DNA of 64,000 bases from a bacterium (GCA_031385045.1 JANNBC010000024.1:256001-320000), one strand, 5' to 3'. Positions 27,948 through 38,077 are shown, counted from the stretch's first letter. Program-made: numbers and translations. Notes: generated by a model not told the origin, from the letters alone.

Positions 27948-28724
27948 CTAAAACCATGGGAAAAACTTACTAGTTTTTTGTTGATAATCTCGATATAAAT
28001 CACCTTTACTAATCAAAGCCTGTTTTTCAGAAGGCGGGACACCTGTTACATAAAGTAATAAAATTAACATTAATATTGGAGATAAAAGTGAGACTAACTC
28101 TCCCGAGGTACCCAATGCAAATAATGGATAACTAAGCCAAATAATCCATTCAAAAAAATAATTTGGATGACGAGAATATTTCCAAAGACCTAAGTCACAT
28201 ACTGCTCCCTGACGGTTACCAAGTGTTCGAAACTTTGCAAGCTGTGAGTCGGCAAGACTAACTCCTTGATAGCCAATAAAAAAAATAGCCAGTCCTAAAT
28301 AATCTGAGTAAGCAAACTGACTTCGCTCGAAAATATAATGATATGGGATAGCTAAAATCCCAGCCATTACAACCTGGGCTAAAAATAAGAAATAAAAGTT
28401 TTGTTTACCCTTTGTACCCCATTTCTTTCGAAGATTCTGATAACGACGATCTTCCCCTACTTTTAAAATTCTACCAAATAAAATTAAATGTCCTAATCTT
28501 AATGCCCAAATAAAAATTAATACAAAAATTATTACATTTCGAGTCGATGCCGGATGTTGTAAAAAACCAAAGACACCCCAAGATAGAACTAACATCGTCC
28601 ATCCAAAGTCTGCTAAATCCCCCTTAGCTTTTTTTTGAGCAATAAAATACAAAATATTTAAAACTAGTACCTGAGCAGAGATTAAGATCATCAAAGAACT
28701 ATTCATTTTTGAATCCATAAGCAA
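27948..28724 (-). CDS. DUF1295 / steroid 5-alpha-reductase-like membrane protein
   Basis: EDRRY, ADSQL, GLWKYSRHPNYFFE, YQQKTSKFFPW. Confidence 0.9.
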   Translation of the reverse strand: MLMDSKMNSSLMILISAQVLVLNILYFIAQKKAKGDLADFGWTMLVLSWGVFGFLQHPASTRNVIIFVLIFIWALRLGHLILFGRILKVGEDRRYQNLRKKWGTKGKQNFYFLFLAQVVMAGILAIPYHYIFERSQFAYSDYLGLAIFFIGYQGVSLADSQLAKFRTLGNRQGAVCDLGLWKYSRHPNYFFEWIIWLSYPLFALGTSGELVSLLSPILMLILLLYVTGVPPSEKQALISKGDLYRDYQQKTSKFFPWF

Positions 28725-29964
28725 AATAAATTGCCACTAAATAGCAAGTTGCTGGTATTCCAGCATAAAGAATAATTAATCCATTATTAACAATACTACT
28801 TTGAACTATCCCAGCTTGATACCCAATTAATTCTAAAATCGGAAAAGCGCAACCGGCAGCGATTGCTGCCGAAAGTTTTTTTGCTAAGGACCAATAACCA
28901 ATCATTTGAGCAGCAAGATTTTGCTGAGATTCCTTACTGCACTTTTCCGCAACATCTGCCTGAAGCGACGCTGGGACAATAATTGCACCACCAAGTCCAA
29001 AACTAGATAAAATAATAATTAGCAAATAATAATATTCGTCTCCCGAGCCTAAAAAAAGTACTGCCAAGAAAGACCCCGTCGATAAGCTTAAACTTTGCAA
29101 CCATGCTTTTAATTTACCAACTTTCTTAGTCCAGTAAATCCAAAAGGGCATAAAAATTAAGACTCCCAAGAAATACAAAAAAATAAACTGATTCCCTAAC
29201 TTACTAGCAAGAACATGATCAATATAAAAAAGAATCATTGCTCCCGATAAAGTAGATCCAAAACTTGTTAAAGCATATGTGATTAAAAGATTCTTAAATC
29301 CTGAATATTGCCATAAGCTTTTTAAGCTCTGACTTTTAACTCGTTCTTTATTTGATATTACGAACTTACTATCTGGTAAAAGATAGTAACAGATCAGGGC
29401 TCCTGTCAGCAAAATTATCGCATAAACCAAACCAGCCCAAAATAAATAACTGAAATCATCACTAGGTTTTAAATTTATTTTTTGAAAAAGTACTGGGAAT
29501 AAGGAAGCTATTACTGTTCCTAGTAGCAAAAATCCTTCACGTGTTCCTAGAATCTTAGTTCTTTGGTTCGTGTCTGAATCTAGACTTAGGCCCAATGTTT
29601 GATAGGGCACAGAGAAACAACTCCAAGAAATATAAAAGAAAATGGAAAAGAGCAGGAACCAAAGTAGTGGAGAAATTAACTGAGGAGGATTTGTAAGCGC
29701 GATAAAACTTACTCCTAAAGGAAGTGCAACAAGAACAATTAACTTTCTTTGAAAATCAGGAAAACGATCCACTAATCTGCCAATCAGAGGATCAAATATG
29801 GCATCAGCTATTCGAGTCAAAATAACAATAATACCAAACCAAAATGCGGACACTCCTAAGGTATCAACATAATATTTAGGAAGAAAAACATAATAGGAAA
29901 AGGCCACTGCCGAAAGTCCCAGTGCTGAGAAAGAGTAGAGCAATGACGTTTTTAAGATATTCAT
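28699..29964 (-). CDS. MFS transporter (GPH/MelB-like)
   Basis: RIADAIFDPLIGRLVDR, VPYQTLG, SLQADV; about 12 TM segments. Confidence 0.88.
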   Translation of the reverse strand: MNILKTSLLYSFSALGLSAVAFSYYVFLPKYYVDTLGVSAFWFGIIVILTRIADAIFDPLIGRLVDRFPDFQRKLIVLVALPLGVSFIALTNPPQLISPLLWFLLFSIFFYISWSCFSVPYQTLGLSLDSDTNQRTKILGTREGFLLLGTVIASLFPVLFQKINLKPSDDFSYLFWAGLVYAIILLTGALICYYLLPDSKFVISNKERVKSQSLKSLWQYSGFKNLLITYALTSFGSTLSGAMILFYIDHVLASKLGNQFIFLYFLGVLIFMPFWIYWTKKVGKLKAWLQSLSLSTGSFLAVLFLGSGDEYYYLLIIILSSFGLGGAIIVPASLQADVAEKCSKESQQNLAAQMIGYWSLAKKLSAAIAAGCAFPILELIGYQAGIVQSSIVNNGLIILYAGIPATCYLVAIYFAYGFKNE

Positions 29965-29982
29965 TGGTCATTGCATACCAAG

Positions 29983-30279
29983 CTAATCGATTTTAGTTAC
30001 TTCTTCTTCTAACTTTGAAGCAATCTTCTTTCGACAGCAATCAGTCATCTTATGATTAGGAGAATGATTTTTAAAAGCTTCTGATTTTGCAACTGTGTCT
30101 AATGATTTAATTTGACGATAAAACCGACGACAGAAGGTACAATGAAAATGATGAATATAAAAAGTTATTTTTTCCGCCAAAGAAAGTTTGCGGTCAAGAT
30201 AGTGCGAGGAGAGCTCTGAGTATCTTTGACAGGAGACAATAAAAAACAACCCTAGAAATTTGGACAATATTTTACTCAT
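29983..30279 (-). CDS. Zinc-finger (zf-HC2/ZAS) anti-sigma factor
   Basis: C...ELSS..LD..L...E...HHFHCTFCRRF (HxxxCxxC); overlaps the stop codon of the ECF sigma. Confidence 0.85.
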   Translation of the reverse strand: MSKILSKFLGLFFIVSCQRYSELSSHYLDRKLSLAEKITFYIHHFHCTFCRRFYRQIKSLDTVAKSEAFKNHSPNHKMTDCCRKKIASKLEEEVTKID

Positions 30280-30839
30280 TTTTTATACCAATTTTTTTGC
30301 AGGCAATTCCTAAGTCTGGCTCTAATTCTATATAAGATAGTCCAGTAGTTTGACGGAGAGATATCTAATACTTGGCAAACTTCTTCAGCTTCTTTTCCTT
30401 CAAGGTATTTAAGAATAAAAACCCTTCTCATGTTTTCCGGAAGTTTTTCGACGCATTTTTGAAAAGCCTCAATAAACTCCTCATTTTCAATAACCATATC
30501 TGGGTGTTCTAACCAATTGGGTACATAGGTCTTCCAGATTCCCCAAGCATTGAAATTATTATCATCGTCTGGGCCAGGCTCAAGGTTAAAATTATAACTA
30601 ACAGTATCTTCCTTACTAGTCTTGCGGAAGTTATCGATGATTTTATTGCGAAGAATACTAGTTAACCAAGTCTTTTCAGTTGAACGTCCAGCAAAACCAG
30701 CCCTAGCCCGCCACCCAGCCATTAGCGTATCTTGGACCAAGTCTTCAGCTAATTCTGAGTTTTTTACCCTAGAAAGGGCGTAATTATAGAGATAATCACC
30801 GTAATTATCTAACCATGTTTTTGGATCAAAATCATTCAT
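30276..30839 (-). CDS. ECF sigma-70 factor
   Basis: YGDYLYNYA, AEDLVQDT, F.GRS..KTWL..IL.NKIID; region 4 with N.W..LYR.R..LR.CL. Confidence 0.93.
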   Translation of the reverse strand: MNDFDPKTWLDNYGDYLYNYALSRVKNSELAEDLVQDTLMAGWRARAGFAGRSTEKTWLTSILRNKIIDNFRKTSKEDTVSYNFNLEPGPDDDNNFNAWGIWKTYVPNWLEHPDMVIENEEFIEAFQKCVEKLPENMRRVFILKYLEGKEAEEVCQVLDISPSNYWTILYRIRARLRNCLQKNWYKK

Positions 30840-30974
30840 TCTTGTGGGTTAGAGTATTCAATTCCAGCAATTAAGAAAAGAGCGAAACATGTAATTATCT
30901 AAACATGGAACACAATCTGCCCTTTAGAACCTAAAGAGACGTTAAAAAAGTTTCTTACTGACTTTTTATATAAA

Positions 30975-31622
30975 CTATCTACGAAAAAGCTTAGCACGCA
31001 CCACTTCCGTTCCTAAAGTATTGATTGCCTGGTATCCGATCTGTTTTAATTCTAGAGCAAAGCTTTTTAGTTCATCAAAAAATCCTTTAGCTGACCACTT
31101 ATGTACTTGAAAATCATTAACATCACCAATTCCTACTTGTATATTACCTTCGAATTTAGCAGCAACATCAACAAGTAACTCTGCTGCTGATTGCCTAACA
31201 AAGAAAGCCTCCTTTAGATCTACTCCTCGCTCGTGTAAGACATGGTCAATTATGCCAAGCAAAAAACTTTCTGGACATACCTTCGCAAAACAGCGTCCAC
31301 TTAGTTCTAGAAGATTTTTAATAATAACAGCTGATTGAGAAGTTGAATATTCATGATTTGAAGCTATAATTATAATAGCTGTAGCAGAAGTTAAAAAATG
31401 GCTGCATTCTTTAATTAATTGCCTTTGTTCCTCAGATAACCTTAGACTTCCTGCACGAACTGTTAAGCTTGCCTCATTTATAGTCCGATTTAGATCTGTT
31501 AAGGCAAGCACCAAAGGTTCATGATGACTAACAACCTCGCGGAGTTTTAACTGTGTGAGATAAGAATCCACATTGACCGCGGTGTTGTCAGGTTGATGGT
31601 TTAGATTAGCAATATGCATCAA
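30975..31622 (-). CDS. Hypothetical protein
   Basis: 215-aa ORF that appears helical; no recognised motif. Confidence 0.6.
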   Translation of the reverse strand: MMHIANLNHQPDNTAVNVDSYLTQLKLREVVSHHEPLVLALTDLNRTINEASLTVRAGSLRLSEEQRQLIKECSHFLTSATAIIIIASNHEYSTSQSAVIIKNLLELSGRCFAKVCPESFLLGIIDHVLHERGVDLKEAFFVRQSAAELLVDVAAKFEGNIQVGIGDVNDFQVHKWSAKGFFDELKSFALELKQIGYQAINTLGTEVVRAKLFRR

Positions 31623-31723
31623 ACAATAAATCTTAAAATCTATAGATTATGATTCGAGCTTATATTAAATCTTAACCTTAAGCTAAGTTTATTTATCTAG
31701 ATAATTTTTCTGAACAATTTGAA

Positions 31724-32104
31724 TTAGGCTGCCTGCCGCCATTCCCACTGCATTCTTTCCACCGTTCCAGGAAGAGAACGATCTACAATTTCTAACATAG
31801 CAATCAAAGTATCTTGCTCCATCATGCTTAATTCGCTTGGATGTGGAAATAATGAGAGTAGGGTATCAACCACACCCTCTGGGCTTAAACGAAACATTCC
31901 CGCTTCGCAAAATTTTTCGGCAATTTCTAGAATATCAAAGGCATATTCAAATTTTAAAGCCTCGATAAACATTGGCTCTAAATCTTTTATAAAAATGTAA
32001 ATCAATTCATCATATACTTCTCCTGGATAAGATCTAATACCAGCAGCATATGCGGAGATTACTATCTGAAAATTTTCTTGGTAAAGCTTTAACTTGTTAC
32101 TCAT
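31724..32104 (-). CDS. Hypothetical acidic helical protein
   Basis: 126 aa; start coupled to the upstream stop (TAATG). Confidence 0.65.
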   Translation of the reverse strand: MSNKLKLYQENFQIVISAYAAGIRSYPGEVYDELIYIFIKDLEPMFIEALKFEYAFDILEIAEKFCEAGMFRLSPEGVVDTLLSLFPHPSELSMMEQDTLIAMLEIVDRSLPGTVERMQWEWRQAA

Positions 32105-32319
32105 TACAACCTTTCAGCTAAAGATTTAAAAACTGCATTCATTCCTGGAGTGACATCACTGGAAGAAATGTTACCAGATTTTAGACTATTAGCAGCTCCA
32201 AGCGCTAAGCCTTGCAGTTGTTTTTGAAGTAACTCAGGATTGTGCCTAAATGATGCTGTTGCTAGTGGCGTCTCTTTACCACCTCTTCCACCCGTTCCTA
32301 ATCCATTTCCCTTAACCAT
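32104..32319 (-). CDS. Small hypothetical protein
   Basis: 71 aa; Gly-rich N-terminus; stop/start overlap with the next ORF. Confidence 0.5.
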   Translation of the reverse strand: MVKGNGLGTGGRGGKETPLATASFRHNPELLQKQLQGLALGAANSLKSGNISSSDVTPGMNAVFKSLAERL

Positions 32320-32426
32320 TTTTTGAGCTAAAAATAAAACTCTCTTAAGGGAATATCATCATTATAGAAACTTCTGCTCCCAACTCTATCACGAATGTAG
32401 TTTTTACCGAATGACCCTTCGATCCT

Positions 32427-32454
32427 TTGCAATTAAGATTTATTCTGTTATTTT
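32427..32454 (+). promoter_or_regulatory. Putative sigma-70 promoter of argS (near-leaderless)
   Basis: TTGCAA (32427-32432), 16-bp spacer ending in TGn, then TATTTT (32449-32454); ATG follows 8 nt later. Confidence 0.35.
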
Positions 32455-32462
32455 AACTGCTT

Positions 32463-34202
32463 ATGAACGATCATCGCTTACAGCTCCTAAGCTCCTTAGA
32501 AATAGCCACTAAATTATCTCAAAATGACCTAGATAAACTAATTAGCCTACCTAAGGAGATTAAAAATGGAGATTTTTCCTTTCCTTGCTTTTTATTAGCC
32601 AAACAAAATGCTGAAAATCCAGCAATTATGGCTCAAGCGCTTGTAGCTAAGATAAAACTACCCCAAGGATTTTTAAAAGTTATCGCAGTTGGTCCATATT
32701 TAAATTTTTTCATTAACCGCGAAGAAGAAACAAACCGAGTCATTCAAGAGGTACTAAGTCAAAAAACTAATTATGGACGAGCAAGTCATAACTCGGAAAC
32801 TATTGTCATTGATTACTCCGCACCAAATATCGCTAAACCCTTTCATGTAGGTCACTTAAGAACAACTATTATTGGCTTCGCACTTTACAATATATTTAAA
32901 CATCTCGGATATAACACTATCGGAATAAACCATATTGGAGATTGGGGTACACAATTTGGCTTTGTTTATGCAGGCTGTAAAATTTGGGGTAAGCCCAGAG
33001 AGGATACAATTGAAAGCCTTGTGAAACTTTATATTGAAGCCAATGGTCTCCGTAAAGCCCAAGATGAAAACAAATTAACTGCCGAACAAGAAAAATATCC
33101 TGATGTAAATATTATGGCTCGAGACTATTTTATTAGTTTAGAGAATGGCGATAGTGATGCTATTACATTTTGGCAGTGGTGCTTAGATATCAGTTTAAAA
33201 TATTTAAAAGCTACCTATGCTGAACTTGGTGTAGAATTTGATTACTACACAGGAGAATCTTTTTATATTCCAATGTTTCCTGAAATCAAACAACGCCTAG
33301 AAGCCAGTGGCCTGCTTAGCGAATCACGTGGAGCTATTGGGATAGAGTTAGATGAGAAGTTAGGATTTGCTAGACTACTAACCCCTGATGGTAGATCGCT
33401 TTATTTAACAAGAGATGTGATCACGGCTGATTATCGTGAAAAAACTTTCCATCCTAAAAAAGTTATTTATGTTGTTGGAGCTCCACAAATATTGCACTTC
33501 CAGCAATTAGTGGCTGTAATGAAAAAAATGGATCACCCAATTGCAAATAAGCTAATTCATATCCCTTACGGTCATGTACCAGGAATTAGTACACGCTCCC
33601 TAAAAAACAATGATGGAAGTTTATCACTAACAGCATTAATTGAGGAAGGAAGTTCTCGCGCTCTGGAAGCATATCAGCAAAGTGTTAGTATTAGACCCGA
33701 AAACCCAGATGTTCAAGCTATTTCCAAGTCTGTCTCCTTAGGAGCAATTTACTTTAACTATCTTTCAAGAACTAATAATAAAGATTTTCATTTTAGTTGG
33801 GAAGAAGCACTAAATTTCCAAGGAGATACTGGCCCCTACTTACTCTATGCTTTAGCCCGCATTAACAGCATGATTGATAAGGCTAACAGGAATAATATCC
33901 ATAGCACCAAAGAAACAAACTTTAATGTCCTAAATTCAGATGAAACTTACGAAATCATCAAACACCTAGCTGGACTTCAAAACATTCTCTACAAAATAAC
34001 CGAAGACTATGAGCCAAATCATTTAGTGCAATACGCCCTAAACTTGGCTAAATTAGTTTCACGTAATTATAATCAATTACGAGTAGTCGGAGAAGATAAT
34101 AAGGAACTTGCAGAAGCAAGATTAGGACTTTTTACAGCTTGTAAATATGTGCTAGAAATCTCTATTAAACTAATGGGAATTCCAACATTAGAGAGAATGT
34201 AG
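32463..34202 (+). CDS. argS: Arginine--tRNA ligase
   Basis: DYSAPNIAKPFHVGHLR (HIGH motif), NHIGDWGTQFG, GDTGPYLLY..AR, C-terminal ERM. Confidence 0.97.
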   Translation: MNDHRLQLLSSLEIATKLSQNDLDKLISLPKEIKNGDFSFPCFLLAKQNAENPAIMAQALVAKIKLPQGFLKVIAVGPYLNFFINREEETNRVIQEVLSQKTNYGRASHNSETIVIDYSAPNIAKPFHVGHLRTTIIGFALYNIFKHLGYNTIGINHIGDWGTQFGFVYAGCKIWGKPREDTIESLVKLYIEANGLRKAQDENKLTAEQEKYPDVNIMARDYFISLENGDSDAITFWQWCLDISLKYLKATYAELGVEFDYYTGESFYIPMFPEIKQRLEASGLLSESRGAIGIELDEKLGFARLLTPDGRSLYLTRDVITADYREKTFHPKKVIYVVGAPQILHFQQLVAVMKKMDHPIANKLIHIPYGHVPGISTRSLKNNDGSLSLTALIEEGSSRALEAYQQSVSIRPENPDVQAISKSVSLGAIYFNYLSRTNNKDFHFSWEEALNFQGDTGPYLLYALARINSMIDKANRNNIHSTKETNFNVLNSDETYEIIKHLAGLQNILYKITEDYEPNHLVQYALNLAKLVSRNYNQLRVVGEDNKELAEARLGLFTACKYVLEISIKLMGIPTLERM

Positions 34203-34223
34203 CGTCGCAGGTGCGACGCTACA
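34198..34223. repeat. GTAG-containing perfect palindrome (REP-like) overlapping the argS stop codon
   Basis: TGTAGCGTCGCA-GG-TGCGACGCTACA. Confidence 0.7.
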
Positions 34224-34263
34224 CGCCAAAGCTCAGGTACTTGTCTAAACAAAGGACAACACC

Positions 34264-34305
34264 TAGCGACGGTGGGTTGCTATGCATTAATTACAATGCA
34301 TAGCA
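34264..34305. repeat. Overlapping alternative hairpins upstream of thrA
   Basis: TAGCGAC-GGTGG-GTTGCTA (34264-34282) overlaps TGCTATGCATT-AATTAC-AATGCATAGCA (34278-34305). Confidence 0.55.
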
Positions 34306-34345
34306 GCAATTCCCTCTAACAATATTTAAATAACCAACACCCTAA

Positions 34346-36787
34346 ATGCAAATAATAAAATTCGGAGGTTCTTCAGTTCGGGATGCCAATCGCATGCTAG
34401 CCGTCAAAGACATTATCCAGACTAAGTTAATCCAAGATCCATTATGCTTAGTGGTTGTATCCGCCATGTCGGGCACTACAGATTTATTAAAAATGTCTGC
34501 TGAGTTCGCTGTTGAAAAAAAAGACTTTTCCCAGTTTATAAATCAAATTAAAAAAAATCACTTAGAATGTATTGCCAATCTAGAACTAAATAACCCAGAA
34601 TTAATTTACAAACTCAATCAACAAATTAAGTCGCTGGAAGAAAAACTTGATAGTATTAGCTTACTTCAAGACTTAACCCCAAAAACCATGGATCAGATTT
34701 TGAGCCTAGGGGAAATATTTTCTTCTGAAATCCTAGCAAATGCTTTACAAAAATTTTCGATCAAAGCTGAGGCAATTAATGCTAGATCAATTATTAAAAC
34801 TGATAATAACTATTCCTGTGGAGCCGTCGATTTTCAACTTAGTAATAAATTAATTGTGGAATCTTTCCAGAAAGAAGTTGGAGTCAAAGTAATTACTGGT
34901 TTTATTGCAGAAAGTGCCGAAGGAAATTTAATAACTCTCGGGCGCGGAGGATCAGACTACACCGCCTCAATAATTGGAGCTGCTCTTGATGCCAAGGTAA
35001 TTGAAATCTGGACAGATGTCGATGGGATGTACACAGCGAATCCAGCTAAAGTAAATAAAGCCTTTCCTCAGGTTCAACTAACATTTGCTGAAGCTATGGA
35101 GTTGTCACACTTTGGAGCTAAGGTAATCTATCCTCCTTCCATTCAACCGGCAATGATTAAGAATATTCCGATCTTAATTAAAAATAGCTTTAATCCAAAT
35201 TCTATTGGAACAGAGATTAGTAATATCAAAAAAGAAAGTCGGCAAGCAATTTGTGGGATTAGCTCGATTGAACAAATTGCCCTTTTAAGACTAGAGGGCT
35301 CTGGACTTGTTGGTGTTAGTGGAACTGCCAGCAGACTATTTGCAACGCTGGCAACGAGCAAAATAAATGTAATCTTAATTACTCAAGCATCATCTGAACA
35401 TACAATTTGCTTTGCTGTTCAACCAGACCAAGCCTTTCGCGCCAAAGAAACTGTTGATCAAGAATTTGCCTTAGAAATCAAAAGTAACTTAATCAATCCT
35501 TTAGTGATCGACCGAAACCTAAGTATTATCTCAATTGTTGGAGAAAACATGAGGACAGTTCCTGGTACTGCAGGTAAAATGTTCAATGCTCTAGGTAACA
35601 ACGGAATCAATATTAATGCTATCGCTCAAGGTTCCTCAGAGATTAATATCTCTGCTGTAATCTCACAACTAGACGAAGATAAAGCCTTAAAGGTTCTGCA
35701 TGAAGAGTTCTTTTTCCCTGATCATAAAACAGTAAATGCTTTTTTAATTGGAACTGGACTAATTGGTGAAGAACTTATTAAACAAATTAAAAGCCATAGC
35801 GAAGAGCTAGCAACAAATCATGCTCACCAAATTCGCGTCATTGGCTTGGCCAATAGCCGTAAAATGATTTTGCAAGAAACTGGGATCAATCCAGCAGAAT
35901 TATCTTTAGATTTATTAAATAAAGGAAATGACTCTAACCTAGAAGAAATTCGTAAATTCATTGCTGATTCTAACTTACCAAATAGCTTAATTGTTGACTG
36001 TACCGCGAGTGATGAGATTGCTGGACATTATCAAAGTTTTCTAGAGTCAAAAATTTCGGTAGTAACTCCTAATAAAAAAGCACAAAGTGCCGATTTTCCT
36101 AAATACCAAGAGCTGCAAAGAACTGCTGCCAAAAGAGGGGCGAACTTTCTTTATGAAACAAGTGTTGGAGCTGGGCTTCCTGTGATCAGTACACTGAAAG
36201 ACTTAATTAAAAGTGGTGATCGAATAACTAAGATTGAAGCAGTACTGTCTGGCACGCTAAGCTTTATCTTTAACTCCTTTGATGGCCAGAAAAGTTTTTC
36301 CGATGTAGTCCTTGATGCGCAGCGTGCTGGATTTACTGAGCCAGATCCACGTGATGATCTAAATGGAATTGACGTTGCTCGCAAAATCCTAATCCTAGCA
36401 AGAGAATGTGGTGCAACTCTTAACTTAGCTAATATTGAAGTAGAAAACTTAGTTCCAGAAGATTGTCGAACGACTTCTTCTGTGACAGAATTTTTTAAAT
36501 TACTTAAGGATTCTGATAACTATTTCTTGGAAAAACTTTCTACTGCTCAGAAAAAAAACTGTAAACTTTGCTATATTGCTAGTTTTAGCGATGGTCAGGC
36601 TAAGGTTGAATTAAAAGAGGTTGATGCCAATCATCCTTTCTATAACCTATCTGGTAGTGATAATATTATTTCTTTTAGTAGTGATCGCTATAAAGTAAGG
36701 CCACTAGTTGTCAAAGGTCCGGGAGCAGGAGCTGCCGTCACTGCGGCAGGAGTTTTTGCTGATATTATTCGTTTAGCAGGTCATTAA
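34346..36787 (+). CDS. thrA: Bifunctional aspartokinase/homoserine dehydrogenase I
   Basis: KFGGSSV, TLGRGGSDY, WTDVDG, two ACT domains, GTGLIG, YETSVGAGLP, GFTEPDPRDDL, GPGAG. Confidence 0.96.
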   Translation: MQIIKFGGSSVRDANRMLAVKDIIQTKLIQDPLCLVVVSAMSGTTDLLKMSAEFAVEKKDFSQFINQIKKNHLECIANLELNNPELIYKLNQQIKSLEEKLDSISLLQDLTPKTMDQILSLGEIFSSEILANALQKFSIKAEAINARSIIKTDNNYSCGAVDFQLSNKLIVESFQKEVGVKVITGFIAESAEGNLITLGRGGSDYTASIIGAALDAKVIEIWTDVDGMYTANPAKVNKAFPQVQLTFAEAMELSHFGAKVIYPPSIQPAMIKNIPILIKNSFNPNSIGTEISNIKKESRQAICGISSIEQIALLRLEGSGLVGVSGTASRLFATLATSKINVILITQASSEHTICFAVQPDQAFRAKETVDQEFALEIKSNLINPLVIDRNLSIISIVGENMRTVPGTAGKMFNALGNNGININAIAQGSSEINISAVISQLDEDKALKVLHEEFFFPDHKTVNAFLIGTGLIGEELIKQIKSHSEELATNHAHQIRVIGLANSRKMILQETGINPAELSLDLLNKGNDSNLEEIRKFIADSNLPNSLIVDCTASDEIAGHYQSFLESKISVVTPNKKAQSADFPKYQELQRTAAKRGANFLYETSVGAGLPVISTLKDLIKSGDRITKIEAVLSGTLSFIFNSFDGQKSFSDVVLDAQRAGFTEPDPRDDLNGIDVARKILILARECGATLNLANIEVENLVPEDCRTTSSVTEFFKLLKDSDNYFLEKLSTAQKKNCKLCYIASFSDGQAKVELKEVDANHPFYNLSGSDNIISFSSDRYKVRPLVVKGPGAGAAVTAAGVFADIIRLAGH

Positions 36788-36790
36788 TCA

Positions 36791-38077
36791 ATGAAAACCT
36801 ACAGCACAACTTCTCCATCACTTAGCTTTGAAATGTCTGAGGCTGTAATGCATGGGCAAGCACCTGATGGTGGCTTATTTATGCCAATAAGCATCCCCCA
36901 ATTATCTGCTGATCAAATTCAAAGTTTTCGCAGAAGCTCATTTAATGAAATTGCCTTTCAAATTAGCAAAGAATTTTTTAGTCCAGAATTGCCAGAAAAG
37001 GATCTAAGACAACTAATCGATCAAGCCTATAATTTTGATGCACCAATCAAAACTGTTGCTGAGAACCTGCACTTTCTAGAACTTTTCCATGGTCCAACAC
37101 TTGCTTTCAAAGACTTCGGCGCCCGCTTCATGGCTCAGGTAATGTCCTACTACCTAAGACAAACTAATAAAAAATTAAATATCTTAGTAGCAACATCTGG
37201 TGATACCGGCGGTGCCGTGGCCTCGGCCTTTCATCAGCTTCCAAATATTAATGTCGTTATCCTGTACCCTAGTGGCAAGGTTAGCAAAATCCAAGAACTA
37301 CAACTCACAACGTGGGGTGATAATATTAAAGCCCTAGAAATTGAAGGGACATTTGATGATTGCCAAAAATTTGTAAAATCAGCATTTCTTGATTTAGAAT
37401 TTAAAAATTCTCATCAGCTGACTTCCGCTAATTCAATTAACATCTCCCGTCTCATCCCTCAAAGCTTTTATTACTTCTATACTTGGTCGCGTTTAGAACA
37501 GAAAAAAAATTGTTTTATAGTACCTAGTGGTAACCTAGGTAATATCTCTGCTGGTGTAATTGCCAAGAAAATGGGCCTACCAATTGATCAATTAATCATT
37601 GCATCTAATGCCAATCGTGTAGTTCCAGATTACTTTGAAACTGGAATCTTCCAACCTCAACCATCAATTGCCACAATCTCCAATGCCATGGATGTTGGTA
37701 ATCCGAGCAATTTGATTCGTCTAAAAAATATTTTTAGTGATAACCTTGCAACCTTAAAAGAATCTATCTCCGCGGTAAGCTTTAATGATCAAGAAACGGC
37801 AGAAGCAATTAAAAAAGTTTATCAAGAATTTCATTATCTGATATGCCCCCATACGGCAGTTGGGTATCTTGCCGCCCAACAAATCGATCCAAAAATTCAA
37901 AAAGTAGTCCTAGCAACTGCACATCCTAATAAATTTGCCGATGTTCTTGAAAATATTCTAGGCTTTAAATTGCCAAGTGTGACACAACTTGAACAATTGA
38001 CTAAACGACCAGCAAAAGCGCAATTTGTGCCCAATGATTATCAAAAGATCAAAAGCCAAATTATTGCTGTTCTTTAA
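36791..38077 (+). CDS. thrC: Threonine synthase
   Basis: DGGLF, LELFHGPTLAFKDFG, ATSGDTG, SANSIN, PSGNLGN, TAHP. Confidence 0.96.
   Translation: MKTYSTTSPSLSFEMSEAVMHGQAPDGGLFMPISIPQLSADQIQSFRRSSFNEIAFQISKEFFSPELPEKDLRQLIDQAYNFDAPIKTVAENLHFLELFHGPTLAFKDFGARFMAQVMSYYLRQTNKKLNILVATSGDTGGAVASAFHQLPNINVVILYPSGKVSKIQELQLTTWGDNIKALEIEGTFDDCQKFVKSAFLDLEFKNSHQLTSANSINISRLIPQSFYYFYTWSRLEQKKNCFIVPSGNLGNISAGVIAKKMGLPIDQLIIASNANRVVPDYFETGIFQPQPSIATISNAMDVGNPSNLIRLKNIFSDNLATLKESISAVSFNDQETAEAIKKVYQEFHYLICPHTAVGYLAAQQIDPKIQKVVLATAHPNKFADVLENILGFKLPSVTQLEQLTKRPAKAQFVPNDYQKIKSQIIAVL

Noticed and set aside
34203..34345. thrL-type attenuator leader peptide
   Set aside because: The only short ORFs are MH* and MHSSNSL*, with no Thr/Ile codon run and no U-tailed terminator.
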